Positions 36,730 to 49,420 of a DNA stretch of 64,000 nucleotides are shown here, piece after piece. Each line of letters begins with the position of its first letter. Within the stretch, counting starts at the first letter, position 1. The DNA comes from Mobula hypostoma (taxonomy: Eukaryota). Both the position numbers and the translations under genes were made by a program. Under the pieces are notes generated by a model. It worked only from the letters and a program-made list of their open reading frames with translations, ran no database searches and was not told where the DNA came from. Location: NCBI RefSeq assembly GCF_963921235.1, contig NC_086108.1:47928001-47992000 (forward strand). Direction: 5' to 3'.

Positions 36730-37625
36730 GCAACACACTCACACACACAAAATGCTGGAGGAACTCAATAGGTCAGGCAGCAGTCATGGAGGGAAATGAA
36801 CATTTGATTCTTTGAGCCAAGATCCTTCATGATGACCGGAAAGAAAGAGGGCAGAAGCCAGAATAAAAGGGTGAGGATAGAGAGAGGAACACAGACTGGT
36901 TGGTGATAGGTGAATGCAGGTGAGAGGGGGAAGGTAGGCAGGTGGAGGGCAGGAAGTGGGAATAATGTGAGAAGCTGAGAGATGATTGGTGGAAGAGGCA
37001 AAGGGCTGAACAAGATGGAACCTGATACGAGAGTGCAATTGGCAATGGAATAATAGGAAGAAAGCAGGGAACCAGAGGGAGGAAGGTATGAGTGATGGGC
37101 AAGTCTTGAGGGAACGGGAAAGAGAAAGGATAAGCAGACCAGAGGGATAAGGGAAAACAAAAGGGGGACGACACAGGGGAGTTTTCAGTAGAGGGGAGGC
37201 CACCATCCTGCCACCTCACAGACGACATGACTGCATATTTGACTTCTTCCTGGGCACCACCCCTCCTCAAGGACGTCTGTTCTCCCTCTCCCCTCCTGAG
37301 ACCCAAGCAATTAATGACTACCTCACTGAAGCACTACGGCACAGCTTCTTTCAGCCAGTCCCTAGCCGGTGTAGGGTTCTTCTTTGTCAAGAAGAGGGTT
37401 GTCCTTGCATTGATGACTGTGGACTCAACAAAATTACCATTAGGAACTGCTACCCTCTCCTCTTGATGGATAGTACATTCAAAACACTCAGTGGGACCCA
37501 AATATTCATAGAAATTTCTTTTGCTTCCTGATAAAGAGCTCAGCCCAAAATGTTGGCTGTTTATTTCCTTCCCTAAATTCTTGCCGACCCCTTCTGAATT
37601 CCTTCAGCAATTTTTGTATGCTCCA
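36730..37625. mobile_element. PLE terminal repeats in inverted orientation (36730-37165 on -, 37520-37625 on +)
   Basis: Left CACACAAAATGCTGGAGGAACTCA..; right CCTGATAAAGAGCTCAGCCCAAAATGTTG..CTGAATTCCTTCAGCAATTTTTGT. Confidence 0.65.
37185..37510 (+). pseudogene. Chromoviral Gypsy RT N-terminal fragment
   Basis: PPHRRHDCIFDF..GTTPPQGRLFSLSPPETQAINDY, AGVGFFFVKK, GLNKITIRNCYPL. Confidence 0.8.
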
Positions 37626-38289
37626 CCCAAAGGATAGCTCCCCACCTATATAAGAAAGGATAAGGCTTCTGGTAAGTTAGTGTTGATCTGTAGCTTCCAT
37701 CAATGTTGTCACTCAGATTTATTTGTTTTTAAAGTTTGGAGGGGTAGTTTTAGAGCCAGAGATAGTTAGAAGTTTAGCGTTGGGTTTAGGGACAGAAATG
37801 TGGAGGAGGTTGCGGTCAGGCTGGAATCTACCCCTCTACTCCACATGCCTCTCTTGAAGGCCAGCGACGTGGAAGGATGATAAAGGACAATTGGTGTCCA
37901 GTTCTTTTGTTCCACATTTGAAGGAAAGCGATGTGGACGTAAGGTGAAGGACCTCTGTGGATGTTGTGCTGGCAGACACTGTAGACAAGGACCAGCAAGG
38001 ATGCAGATCAGTGGGGCCTAGGATCAGATGTCTGTGCATGAAGATAGTACCAGACATAATGACCCCCTAGGTATGCAAGTCGGCGATTCTGGAGTTCACG
38101 GCTTGAGTTTGGGGTCCCATCATTGGTGGGTCTGGAGGTTGACTTGGCTCTGTCATTGGCTAATCTTGGGGTTGATACCAAAGAGCAAAGCCTAAAGGTT
38201 GACCAGAAGTCCAGAAGTCGAAGCCTGATGGCTAAAACCCTGGGTCTTTGAGAACTTCAGGAGATCATAAAATCAGTAGTTCATTCAGA

Positions 38290-39130
38290 TTCCAGCCAGT
38301 TGATTAGCACAGGTCTTCAGTACTTGGCCAGTTACATTGCCTAGGTCAAATGCTTTCCATGGGTTCATCCTCCTGAAGGATGCTCTCATGTCAGTCTCAG
38401 AGACTGAAATCTCAGGCTTGTTGGGGCTTGTGGGAGTTTGTGAAGGTGCCTCCATGTTTTGATGGTCAAGTGAGCATAAAAGGCATTGAGCTCATCTGGG
38501 AGTGAAATCTTGTTTTACATGTCACTTGAATTAATTTTGTAGGAGGTGATGTCATTCAAGTCCTGCCACAGTTGTTGAATATCCTTCTGTGAATCTAGTT
38601 TGGTCCGGAATTGCCACTTCCCATAAGATGACTTTCTGGAAGTTGTACCTGGACCTCTTGAAATTTATTTGTTTGCAAGACCTGAACACCACTGATAAGG
38701 CCCTCAGCAGATTGTGGATCTCCTTTTGGTTCATCCAGGGTTTCTGGTAATTGAAGACCCTGAAAAATTTTGTGGGGCCACACTCATCCATGAGTGACTT
38801 TATAAAGTCCGTGACAACTGTGTTATATTTGTTCAGATCCTCTGAGTACTTGTCCATGAGTTCAATGTCCATTTAGAAATCGGATGGCAGAGGGGAAGAA
38901 GCTTTTCCTGAATCACTGAGTGTGTGCCTTCAGGCCTCTGTATCTCCTGCCTGATGGTAGCATTGAGAAGAGGGTACGTCCTGGGTAGTGGGAGTCTTTA
39001 GTAATGGATGCCACCTTTCTGAGGTACCACACCTTGAAGATGCCTTGGATACCACAGAAGCTAGTACCCATGATGGAGCTGACTAATTTTACAACTTTCT
39101 GCAGCTTACTTTGATCCTGTGCAGTAGATG
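38290..39130 (-). mobile_element. Rex1/Babar fragments
   Basis: ORF 38552-38872 (DLNKYNTVVTDFIK..QKPWMNQ..RSRYNFQK), homologous to 13530-13800; 3' part at 38870-39130. Confidence 0.75.
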
Positions 39131-39539
39131 CTGGGTAGAAGAAGTTTCACAGCCCAACATTTTAGTCTGGCTTGGAGTCCTCCCCTCCCCGCTCTCTTCT
39201 GGCCATGATGGTGATGGAAATTTGTCCACTTAAAGAGGCCATGCCTGCATTTTTGAGAGGGTCCACCGAGTCCTTGAAGAGATCGTAAAATTGCTAGTTC
39301 ACTTAGATGGTTCAAAAGTACATTACCTAAAGGGAAATTACAGGCTGCAGATTGCAGCAATTGTAGTTCAAAAGAAATATCTCCAGAGGTTTTATGGGCT
39401 GCCTACAAAATATCTTGGGTTTGCTTTGCTAATCGCTAGTACTCTTACTCATTGCTATCTCACCTGTCTTAACTTATCTCTCTACACAGTTTTCTGTCTT
39501 ACACCTCACCCCTTCCACAGCAACCCAATCCTCTAACTA

Positions 39540-39680
39540 TACATCCTCCTCTCTTCCCCCAGTTCTGAGGAAGGGGCCCTGACCCAAAATGATGACTTGA
39601 CTCAAATGATGACTGACTTCTCTTTCCACAGATGCTGCCTGACTGACTGAGTTCTACCAGCACTTTTGTTTTTCTTCCAG
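39540..39680 (+). mobile_element. PLE terminal-repeat fragment
   Basis: CAGTTCTGAGGAAGGGG..CCCAAAATGATGAC..CAGATGCTGCCTGACTGACTGAGTTCTACCAGCAC. Confidence 0.65.
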
Positions 39681-40404
39681 GAAGGTGAAATTGCCAGAGA
39701 CCCTGTTCTCCATTGACAAAGCAGAAAAGGGACCTGAGAGCTTGTATATGAAGTATATGAAGTCTTACTGTAAGTAGAGAATTAGTTCATTGAGGACAAA
39801 ACAACAGTTTCAATGTTGGCCCTTAAAGTAACATGGTTTCCATGTTTATGTTCTGTAGATAACTAAGAACAATGAGGTTGAAAACATATTGATGTGAATA
39901 TTACGCTGCAGTTAATGTCATTTGGGAAGTTCTACATATGAAAAATTGCTGGAGTATGTGAAAATCCTACCAGAAAGCTAGCAAATAATATTTTCTGATT
40001 GCAATAACTCACACAGGAATGGGTACAACATTGCTTCACTCATGGCCATTTATTAATTAAAGCTGATATTGTTGCACAACACCCAGTTTTTGGAATTTTG
40101 CAAAGTAATTTTGGGATCCATGTGTTAACTTATTTTTACTAGAGTGGGATATGTATAATTGTGGACATTGTGATCTGTATGTTATAGCACACAGCTGAAA
40201 TGGCCCATAAAAATAAGGAAGCAATTGCAACCTAACTAGGAAACTAGCATTACTGGCAAGGCTGACATTAACTGTCTGTCCCGTGAGAAAATGATAGAGA
40301 GCCATCTTGTTCAAATGCAGCAGTCCTTCAGGTGAATGTTTTCCTGGAGAACTGTTAGATTGGGTTTTAGGTTTTAGACTAGACCACTTTAAAAGTCCGA
40401 AAGT

Positions 40405-41620
40405 CAAAGGTGGTGATATATTGGTATAGGGGAGTGAGACTGAAAATCTGCATGAATGGTGCCACAACAACAACCTCTCACTCAGACCAAAGAACTGATT
40501 ATTGACTATAGGAGGAAGAAACCAGAGGTCTGTGAGACTGTCCTCATTAGGGAATCGTAGTGGAGAGAGTCAGTAATAATCAGATGTAATCATATCAGAG
40601 GATCTGTCCTGGGACCAGCATGTAAGTGCCACAACAGCACCTCTACTTTCTTCAATGTTTGCATAGATTCCGCACGTCATCTAAAACATTGACAAACTTC
40701 TATAGTTGCACAGTGGCGAATATCCTAACAGAGTGTATCACAGCCTAGTGTGGGAACAGCACTGCCTAAGAATGGAAACACCCACAAAAAGTGGTGGATG
40801 CAGCCTAGTCCATCACAGGCAAAACCCTCCCCACCATTGAACACATCTACAAGTTGTGCTGCCACAAGAAGGCAGCATCCATCATCAGGAATCCCCACCA
40901 TCCAGGACATGCTCTTTTCTCGCTGTTGTCATCAGGAAGAGTGTACAGGAGACTTAGATCCCACACGACTAGGTTCAGGAACAGTTACTATTCTTCAGCA
41001 GTAGGCTCCTGAAACAGCATGGATAATTTCACTCACCTCAACACTGAACTGTTTACTGAACAAACCTATGAACTCATTTTCAAGGACCCTACAACTCATG
41101 TTCTTAGCATTATTTATTTATTTATTTATTTGGCGCATGGCCAAGTGGTTAAGGCGTTCGTCTAGTGATCTGAAGGACGCCAGTTCGAGCCTTGGCTGAG
41201 GCAACGTGTTGTTTCCTTGAGCAAGGCACATAATCACACAGTGCTCTGCGACGGCACCGGTGCCAAGCTGTATGGGTCCGATTGCCCTTCCCTTGGACAA
41301 CATCAGTGGCGTGGAGAGGGGAGACTTGCAGCACGGGCAACTGCCATTCTTCCATACAACCTTGCCCAGGCCTGAGCCCTGGAAACCTTCCAAGGTGCAA
41401 ATCCATGGTCTCACGAGACTAATGGATGAACTTATTTATTTATTTATTTATTTATTGTATTTGCACAGTTTTCTTTAGCACATTGGTTGCTTGCCAAACT
41501 TTGTGTGTAGTTTTTCATTGATTCGATTGTATTTTTTTGTTCTACTGCAGGAAAATAAATCTCAGGGTAGTGTATGGTGATATATGCATACTTTGATAAC
41601 AAATTTACTTGGAACTTTGA
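40405..41620 (+). mobile_element. Rex1/Babar LINE 3' part with a SINE inserted in its 3' UTR
   Basis: GAATGGTGCCACAACAACAACCTC (EWCHNNNL), GACCAAAGAACTGATTATTGACTATAGG (TKELIIDYR), tail TTTGATAACAAATTTACTTGGAACTTTGA. Confidence 0.8.
41131..41428 (+). mobile_element. tRNA-derived SINE (same family as 4667-4968)
   Basis: TGGCCAAGTGGTTAAGGCG A box, AGTTCGAGCC B box; flanked on both sides by (TTAT)n. Confidence 0.9.
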
Positions 41621-42046
41621 TTGCCCTATTAATGTGTATTCTATCTGGTTGTGTGAGCAATTTGCATTTGTGGCGTCTCATTACCTCCTTTCCTGGCGAC
41701 TGCTGGTGGAATTAAGGAAATATTTGTTAACAGGGGAGGTCCACATGGCAAATGAATGTTTAAATTTTCTCCTTTCTCCAGTGCCTTTGAAAAATTTGGG
41801 AGTGGGGTGGTGGTGTGAGTTTGCTGTGGATATGACCACTGCTGGAAGAAATTACTGTTCAGACCCTTTCACAAGTCCCATGATATTTTTGGAAGAAGAA
41901 TTGTCACGTTGGTTGGTATGGGCTTGCATCAGGGAGGAAATCCCTGTCAATTCTCCTTGAACTCACTTGTCTTTTACTGATGACAATTTTGAATGCCACA
42001 TGAAGCTCAGAATTTTGCTGTTTTGGTTTAATGATGAGCTAAATTC

Positions 42047-42957
42047 AGGTTAGTAAATTTGCTGATGACACAAATGTTGGGGGTGTTGTGGATAGTGTGA
42101 AGGGCTGTCAGAGGTTACAACGGGACATTGATAGGATGAGAAGTGGCAGATGGAGTTCAACCCAGATAAGTGTGAGGTGGTTCAATTTGGGAGGTCAAAT
42201 ATGATGGTAGAATATAGCATTAATGGTAAGACTCTTGGCAGTCTGGAGGATCAGAGGGATCTTGGGGTCCGAGTCCATAGGACACTCAAAGCTGCTACTC
42301 AGGTTGATTCTGTGGTTAAGAAGGCATATGGTGCATTGGCCTTCATCAATCGTGGGATTGAGTTTAAGAGCTGAGAGATAATGTTGCAGTTATATAGGAC
42401 CCTGGTCAGATCCCACTTAGAGTACTGTGCTCAATTCTGGTCGCCTCGCTACAGGAAGGACGTGGAAACCATAGAAAGGGTGCAGGGGAGATTTACAAGG
42501 ATGTTGCCTGGATTGGGGAACATGCCTTATGAGAATAGGTTGAATGAACTCGGCCTTTTCTCCTTGGAGCGACGGAGGATGAAGGGTGACCTGATAGAGG
42601 TGTACAAGATAATGAGAGGCATTGATCGTGTGGATAGTCAGAGGCTTTTCCCCAGGGCTGAAATGGCTAGCACGAGAGGGCACAGTTTTAAGGTGCTTGG
42701 AAGTAGGTACAGAGGAGATGTCGGAGGTAAGTTTCTCACACAGAGAGTGGTGAGTGCGTGGAATGGGCTGCCAGCGGCGGCAGTGAAGGCGGAAACAATA
42801 GGGTCTTTTAAGAGACTCCTGGATGGATACATGGAGCTTAGAAAAATAGAGGGCTATGGGTAAAGCCTAGGTAGTTCTAAGGCAGCGACAGGTTAGACGC
42901 AGCTTTGTGGACCAAGGGGCCTGTATTGTGCTGTAGGTTTTCTGTGTTTCTATGTTT
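42047..42957 (+). mobile_element. CR1/L3 LINE, 5'-truncated
   Basis: VSKFADDT; ORFs 42150-42374 and 42381-42863 ending MELRKIEGYG; TTTCTATGTTT tail. Confidence 0.95.
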
Positions 42958-44094
42958 ATAAATTATCTTAAAGTGCACAGGTGTTATACGTTAGAGTTTC
43001 TCAGCTTTAATGCACTCACAAGAAGCATTTGATTACCCCAATACTGCCTTCCAGTTGCTGGCCATCTTCAATTCTCACCAATCAGAACCAAACCCCAGCT
43101 CCGGGCCTAGGCCAAGGCTTCATCCTGTGGCCTCTTCGAAACAAACCAGCCTTGCCCAGGCCAAGGCCGAATTACTGACACATTACATAGCAGTGAAGAC
43201 ATCTACTAATACGTTTGACATAATGGAGAGGAGTTCAGTCAAGACAGTGCACATTCAAGTATTTATAACTCATGTATAACTATGAAATAAATATTTAAAA
43301 AGGATTGTTTATCCATACAATCTTCAGTTATCTCTAACTTGCTGCAGTCGTCGCCCACTAACTGTGGATTAATAGTACATGAAGCATATACACAAAGGCC
43401 GAATTGTCATCAGAAGGGTCTTGTAAGGATGTAGTTACATTCATTGGTGCTGCAAGCCTGTGAGAGTTCTGAAATGTGCTTACAGTTACCATTAACTGAA
43501 ATGTGTTTACAGATTTGTTCAGTATGCTCGGAGCAAAAGGCAACAGACTGTGCAAGTACAAAAGAAAAAAAAGATAATAATAGAAGTAAAAAATATCAAG
43601 ACCATGAGACGAGAATCCTTGAAAGTGAGTCCATCGGCTGCAATACAATGCAATAGAATGGAATGCAATCAGTGTTTACTTCTCTGTCAGTCAAGTGTGA
43701 AGTGCAGACTGGTGTTCCTTTGTCACAGGTGGGAATTTACTGGAGGCAAGGTTGTTTGAGGTATCAGTAACCTTGACCATCTCCCTTGAGAGTGCAATTT
43801 CTGCAAATGTAGTAGGAAGGGTGGAATATACGAGCACAGTCACTCTTCACTCTGAATGAGCACATTCCAGCTCAGTTAATTAATGTAACACAAAGAGTTT
43901 GCACATAGATAAGTCTGAATATTTCCATAAAATCTAGAGTTATCTCCTCAAGAGCCTCCAACTGAAAACATTATTTTAGTTGCCAGTTAGATCCAGCATG
44001 GACAGGCAGACTACAAGAGCAAACACCACTGAATACTACTGTATGTTATTATTTCAAACATTGGAAAACTAATGTGATTCACTTATCTTTCAAG

Positions 44095-44350
44095 ATGCAT
44101 CCTCTGAATGAGAAAGCTGTGGATTGCAGCCACATTTGAGAGCCACAATCTAAAGCAGCACTAATAATGTGCTGCCTTTCCATGATGGTTCATAATGTGA
44201 AACTGAGACATTGACTGCCCCCTCAGGTAGATCTGGGTAATTGCATTGCACTGTTCAAAAAAGAGCTGCAGAGTTCTCCCAAATCATTTATTTGTTCAAT
44301 TATTTATTGAGATATCTCCTTATTGAGGTTTATTTGTCTTTGCCTACATG
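44095..44350 (+). mobile_element. Decayed Deu-domain SINE
   Basis: CCTCTGAATGAGAAAGCTGTGGATT head; CTGCCCCCTCAGGTAGAT..GCACTGTTCAAAAAAGAGC..GAGTTCTCCC resembles the Deu domain. Confidence 0.5.
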
Positions 44351-44965
44351 CAAATAGTTAAATTTGAATAGAATAATGCAAATACACAATATTAAAATAT
44401 ATACATTTCTGAGGATTCCCAGCATCTCAGCGGATAACTTTGCTGAATAAACCGACGATAAAGAGAGAGCTCAGCACTCAAATTGATACCAGTATCCATG
44501 GCAAGGGATGGGAAAAATAATCAAGCAAGGTTCCTGGCTCGACTCTGGTTGGAAAATGCACGTAGAATAGTTCAGCAGTGGTGTACCCAGAATGACTGTA
44601 TTGTTTGGTTGAATACTCTTACTTAAGAAATACAGCCCGAAGATATTGACAGGTCCTCATAAACTTCCTGATGCAGTGCATGAAATGTTAACAGCAATAA
44701 ATTACATCATCACGTACTTATACATCCGTGCCTCAAGGAGTAATCCAGCATGCATTTATTTACAGACTGTATTTTCCTTTTCTGAGATATTTTAGTCTGA
44801 TTTTACTCCATATCAATTTATAATGTTAGCTGGTCACTAAATTATCCTCTAATTTGAGCACTGAAGAATGGTCTAATATTGATAGGTTATCTTATTCACT
44901 GGTATTCATTGGATGGAGTTCGTCTCTTGGTCCATCCCAACTAGGAATCTTCACTAACTGTAGAA

Positions 44966-45140
44966 TACAAATAATCTATTAAATTTTAAAGCCATATACC
45001 TTGAAAATTATCTCTATCATAGCTGCTGGTATTTCCATTCCCTAGGTCCACATAGAAGGGCTAGAGGATGGAAATACTAGCAGCTATAACATAGATAATG
45101 TTCAACAAATATGGCTTTTAAATTTATTGGATTATCTGTG
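44966..45140. repeat. Long imperfect palindrome (~80-bp arms, 15-nt spacer), family unassigned
   Basis: Left arm ATAATCTATTAAATTTTAAAGCCATAT..ATAGCTGCTGGTATTTCCATTCCCTAG pairs without gaps with right arm CTAGAGGATGGAAATACTAGCAGCTAT..ATATGGCTTTTAAATTTATTGGATTAT. Confidence 0.9.
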
Positions 45141-46704
45141 ATATATACCCGTGCTTAATATGCAAACAGAATTTGTAGATGCAATTAATTTGTGGGAGAA
45201 CTAGAAGTAGTGATGGAGATTTTCAGGTAGATAAGCTGAGATGTGCAGAATTAATTCCTAACTACCTAGTGAATACTCCTCAGGAATAAGAGCTCTTTTG
45301 AATGAAGTCATCTCTTATCACTTCACACATCTGTTCTACAGCAAATATCCACACTCACTCTGCATTGACACGATTGTGCACTTGAAACAGAATTCTCAGC
45401 TTTAATACAAAATAACCAACTCAACTTCTGCAATTTGACCTTTGCAGTTTAAACCATACTTCTAGTCACCAAAGTGAGTTTAATTTCTGTTTGCAGTCAC
45501 TCAGGTAGACATGTCAAATGAAGGAGGTGTTGAACCCTGGATTCTAAGGTGGTCCATCAAAGTTTAAAAGTTAACCCTTTAAAAGACGAAGCAAATGCAT
45601 CATCTGTCAGGGTACTGATCTGTGTGGTCTGATGCAACTCGAAATGTTTAGTGAGGTAGTTGATCGTACTCTAAGACTACTGACACATAGGATTGAGTGG
45701 AAGAGGAGCATGGCAGGCAAAGACCTCTGAGGTGAGGAGGATGCAGGAGGCAGACTTCTGAGTTTGGGGTCATTGTATATGCTGACCGATGGTAGTGCCC
45801 AGGTGAGCTTTTCACACCTGTGCACTGTGACACTATTCCACAGGCCAGGAAGTCACTCATTGAGGCTCAACAACCCTTCTGCGGAAGATCAGGAGACAGC
45901 ACTCTGCTGACATTGGGCAGCAGGAGATCAGTGGTAGAAGGGTTTCTGAGGTGTTCAGGAAAAGGCCACAGGCTTCTTGGGTGGGGGTAGGAGCTGACTG
46001 ACAGGAGGGAGATGGGGTCTGGCAATAGCCAGTGGATGGTCTCACTGCCGGAGAGAGCGAGCAGCATGGGGAAGTCTGAGTGAAGCAGGGAATTCAATAG
46101 CAACAGATGGGGCTACTGAAAAGAAGATTGCTGGAGCGGGAGGGAATTGAGAGGATGAGACAAAGTAAGGGAAGGGAGGCAAATGGGGAAAGAAGGCAAA
46201 GGTAGAGAAGCTGAGAGGGAAAAATGAAGGAGCGAGAGGATCAGGGTATGGACTGTAAATAAGGGGCAGAATTAAAGGACTATATTGCGGCTTTGTGTGA
46301 ATATAGGTGTGACTGTGGTAAATAGATGCTTCAGAGTCAGGTCTCCAATCTTCTTGGACCTCCCCGTCATTGGACCAAGACCCCCATCTGTCAAATACAC
46401 ATGGTAGCTGACGTGAAATGGTCCCTTCACATTATCAGATCCATGTAAACATCCTCCATATTCATTCCTATGACATAGAAGGAGGCCACCTTAGCTCACT
46501 AAATCGAAACCTGCGCAGGGAACAATCCCATTCCTCCAGTAATTCTCCTGTAACCTATTCTTCCCGCTCCTCAGCCCCAGAGTGGAGGCAAGTCATCCTT
46601 GTCTTCAAGAGACTCCACAGGAAGAAGGTTGCATTCACAGCAAATAGTGGGATATGGCTTTTGATGTACAATGCCCTTAGGTTTCGGTTGCAATAGAACA
46701 ATAT

Positions 46705-46980
46705 GCAGGCAGCATGGTAGCGTAGTGGTTAGAACCTCGCTTTACGACGCTCGCGATTGGGGTTCAATTCCCACTGCTGCCTGTAAGGAGTTTGAATGTT
46801 CTCCCCATGACTGCGTGTCTTTCCTCTTGATGCTCCAGTTTCCTCCCACATTTCAAAGACACACAGGTTAGTAGGTTAATTGGTCAGACAGTGTAACTGG
46901 TTGATGCAGACTAATTGAGTCTGAAGGGCCTGTTACCATACTGTTATCTGTTATCTCTAAATTAAACTAAAATTAAAATA
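46705..46980 (+). mobile_element. HE1/V-type tRNA SINE
   Basis: GGTAGCGTAGTGGTTAG A box, GGGTTCAATTCCC B box, V domain, CR1-like tail GAAGGGCCTGTTACC. Confidence 0.85.
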
Positions 46981-47399
46981 ATCTTGTCTCATAAAATCTG
47001 AGTGGAGATATTGACTGAATCATAGCAATGCTCTATATTTTATTCTTGATGCTGTTAACTTCTGATTTGCTGTCCTCTGCTGGAAATGATTTGTAATTCA
47101 TCAGCCCTCTGAGACATCACATTGATTACATGTACTGCTGAGAGAAATGACTTCCAGGTGTAGTATTTCTATGAATCTATACAACATCAAGCTAGGTATG
47201 TTAGAATGAGCAGAGCCAGCATTTTTATATGAGATATAGTACTAACATCACTAAAACACAGCACAAAAATTCTAGGCCTTACCAGAAGCATCCAGATGCA
47301 AAAAAAAAATCTTTGTTCCCACAGTTCAGAGTCCAGGTGTTTTACAGTGAATGACTCGTCTTCTGGCACATCAAAGCCTTACCATCATCATCCACCTGC

Positions 47400-47850
47400 C
47401 TGAAAAAGCACAGCACCCTGCTGGGCATGCAGGATGAGCCAGTGCAGTTCATTGGCTTCCCGTTCACTTTTGAGCTCCGTAGCTGCAGTTTGTAAAGTAC
47501 ACTGCGGCAAATCACCATGGTTCCTCTGCAGCACCTCTCATAGCTGCGTCCTCTACCACCCAGTAAGACAAGGCCAGCAGGCATGAGAACGTTGGAGATA
47601 CAAGAGGTTGCCACAGATCCCACAGACCTTGCTCTACCTCCTTCTAGCAGATCGTTTGATGCTGCAGGCATAGAATATCATCACCTGCAAGTGCCCTCCA
47701 ATTCACTCACCACGCTCACTGAAAATGTACAGCTGCTTTGTTATTATTACGAGAGCTAAATTATGGAACTGCAGACCCGTCATCACAGTGTGAGTACCTA
47801 CACCGCACTGTGGCTCACGAAGGTGCTCACCACCTTCTTCAAGGTATTCA
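47400..47850 (+). mobile_element. Old LINE 3' remnant (L2/CR1 group)
   Basis: CCTCTACCACCCAGTAAGACAAGG, CACCTGCAAGTGCCCTCCAA and GCTCACCACCTTCTTCAAGG resemble a common old fish/shark LINE 3' region; no open frame. Confidence 0.45.
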
Positions 47851-48004
47851 GCGGCGAACTAAAGAGGCTGGCCCTGTTCATGTAAAGGAAGGAAGATGAT
47901 ATTAATAAAACTTCATATTCTTTTTCCTTCCTAATTAAATATATTATATGCCTTTATTAGCATTATTATCAGGTCTTGCCTATAATTATCTTTGTTTGAC
48001 TTGT

Positions 48005-48155
48005 TCATAGAGACATAGAAAACCTACAGCACAATACAGGCCCTTCGGCCCACAATGCTGTGCCGAACATGTCCTTACCTTAGAACTACATAGGCTTACC
48101 ATCAATCACCCTCTATTTTTCCAAGCTCCATGTATTCATGTATCTATGCAGGAGT
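48005..48155 (-). mobile_element. CR1 3' tail
   Basis: CATAGAAAACCTACAGCACAATACAGGCCCTTCGGCCC, reverse complement of 10590-10684. Confidence 0.85.
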
Positions 48156-49139
48156 CTCATGATGAAGTTCAATACACAACTCACGTTACAAATGCTTAGA
48201 AACTGGATTTCAACTTTACTTGGTGTGATAAATAGTGGCTGTGTTTAGTTATAATGCCCAATCAGGGAATCCCTTGCCTCAACACAGGGAAGGTTTACTT
48301 TTTAAGATTCACCAGGGCGATTTTCACCCTGAATGATGTGTTGAAGTTTGGTCTCCAAGGTTTCCAGGCAGTCAGATCTGCTGTATCTTTGCTGCTAGGA
48401 ATCATGGGGAGTGGGTCTCATGTTTTGAAGGACTCTCTTCAATAACAGAAAAACTGCCATGGAGGTGAGGGAAAACATAGAGGAGTAGAGGAACACATGT
48501 GACCACTTTGACGTATGGCTCCTCCCAAATGATTGTCCTCACTGAATGAGTTCCACACTGTAAAAGGTCATTCTATCTCTGCTCTGCATTATTTAAAAAG
48601 TCTGAAACAAGTGCTGGTTAAATCCATCAGTGATGGAACAAATATTCACAATATTTAACAGCCAGCTGGGCATATGAAGACAGCAATGATTGATGTCCCA
48701 ATTAGTACCACTTAATTCACCTCTGTAGCGTTTATGCATTAAGTGTACTGTGATGAGCTGAGTGTACCCTGTGGAAAGACTTTAGATACATGGTCACTGT
48801 CTTTAGTACTGCTTTAATAAAGGATGTCCGTTGATGGCTCTACCACTGAAACTACAAAATTTCCTTTCATAGTGATTATGTTATTTTATTAACAGCCAGT
48901 GATCTCCACCAGTTGAATTCACATCCAGCAGGATCTCTGAGGAATTTAATTAAGGTAATTGAATGAATCTAAATATATCATTGACAGTAACAATAATCAT
49001 GAAACCAATGGATTTTCATAAACCATTTTCGTTCACCAATAGTGCTTCAACGAAGGCAATCTACAGTCCTACATGAGACTCCAGTCCAATTAATGACTCG
49101 TAACTGCTTTCTCACTTCAGAGAAATTAGAAATGGAGAA

Positions 49140-49420
49140 TACACCGAATGCTGGAAGAACTTAGTGGGTCTGGCAGCATCAGTGAAAGGGAAATGGATAG
49201 TTGACATTTTGGGTCAAGATCCTTCATCAGCACTGGAAAGAAAGAGTGAAATAGTCAGTATAAAAAACCAGGAGAAGGGGTGGTGCTGGTAGGAGCTACC
49301 AAGGCAGAATATTAGGTGCTGTTCCTCTAATCTAAGTCTAGCCTCAGCTTGGCAGTAGAGGAGTCATGGAAAGACCTGTCAGTGTGGGAATGGGAAGTGG
49401 AATTAATATGGTTGCTCACT
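49140..49420 (-). mobile_element. PLE terminal repeat plus GIY-YIG remnant
   Basis: AATGCTGGAAGAACTTAG head; decayed hammerhead at ~49200-49235; TTGGCAGTAGAGGAGTCATGG..GGGAATGGGAAGTGGAATTAA. Confidence 0.65.

Noticed and set aside
41131..41205. tRNA gene
   Set aside because: The tRNA-like part continues into a SINE body; the second copy has a TSD; no proper acceptor stem or terminator
47342..47671. 109-aa ORF as a host exon
   Set aside because: Overlaps the antisense strand of an old LINE remnant
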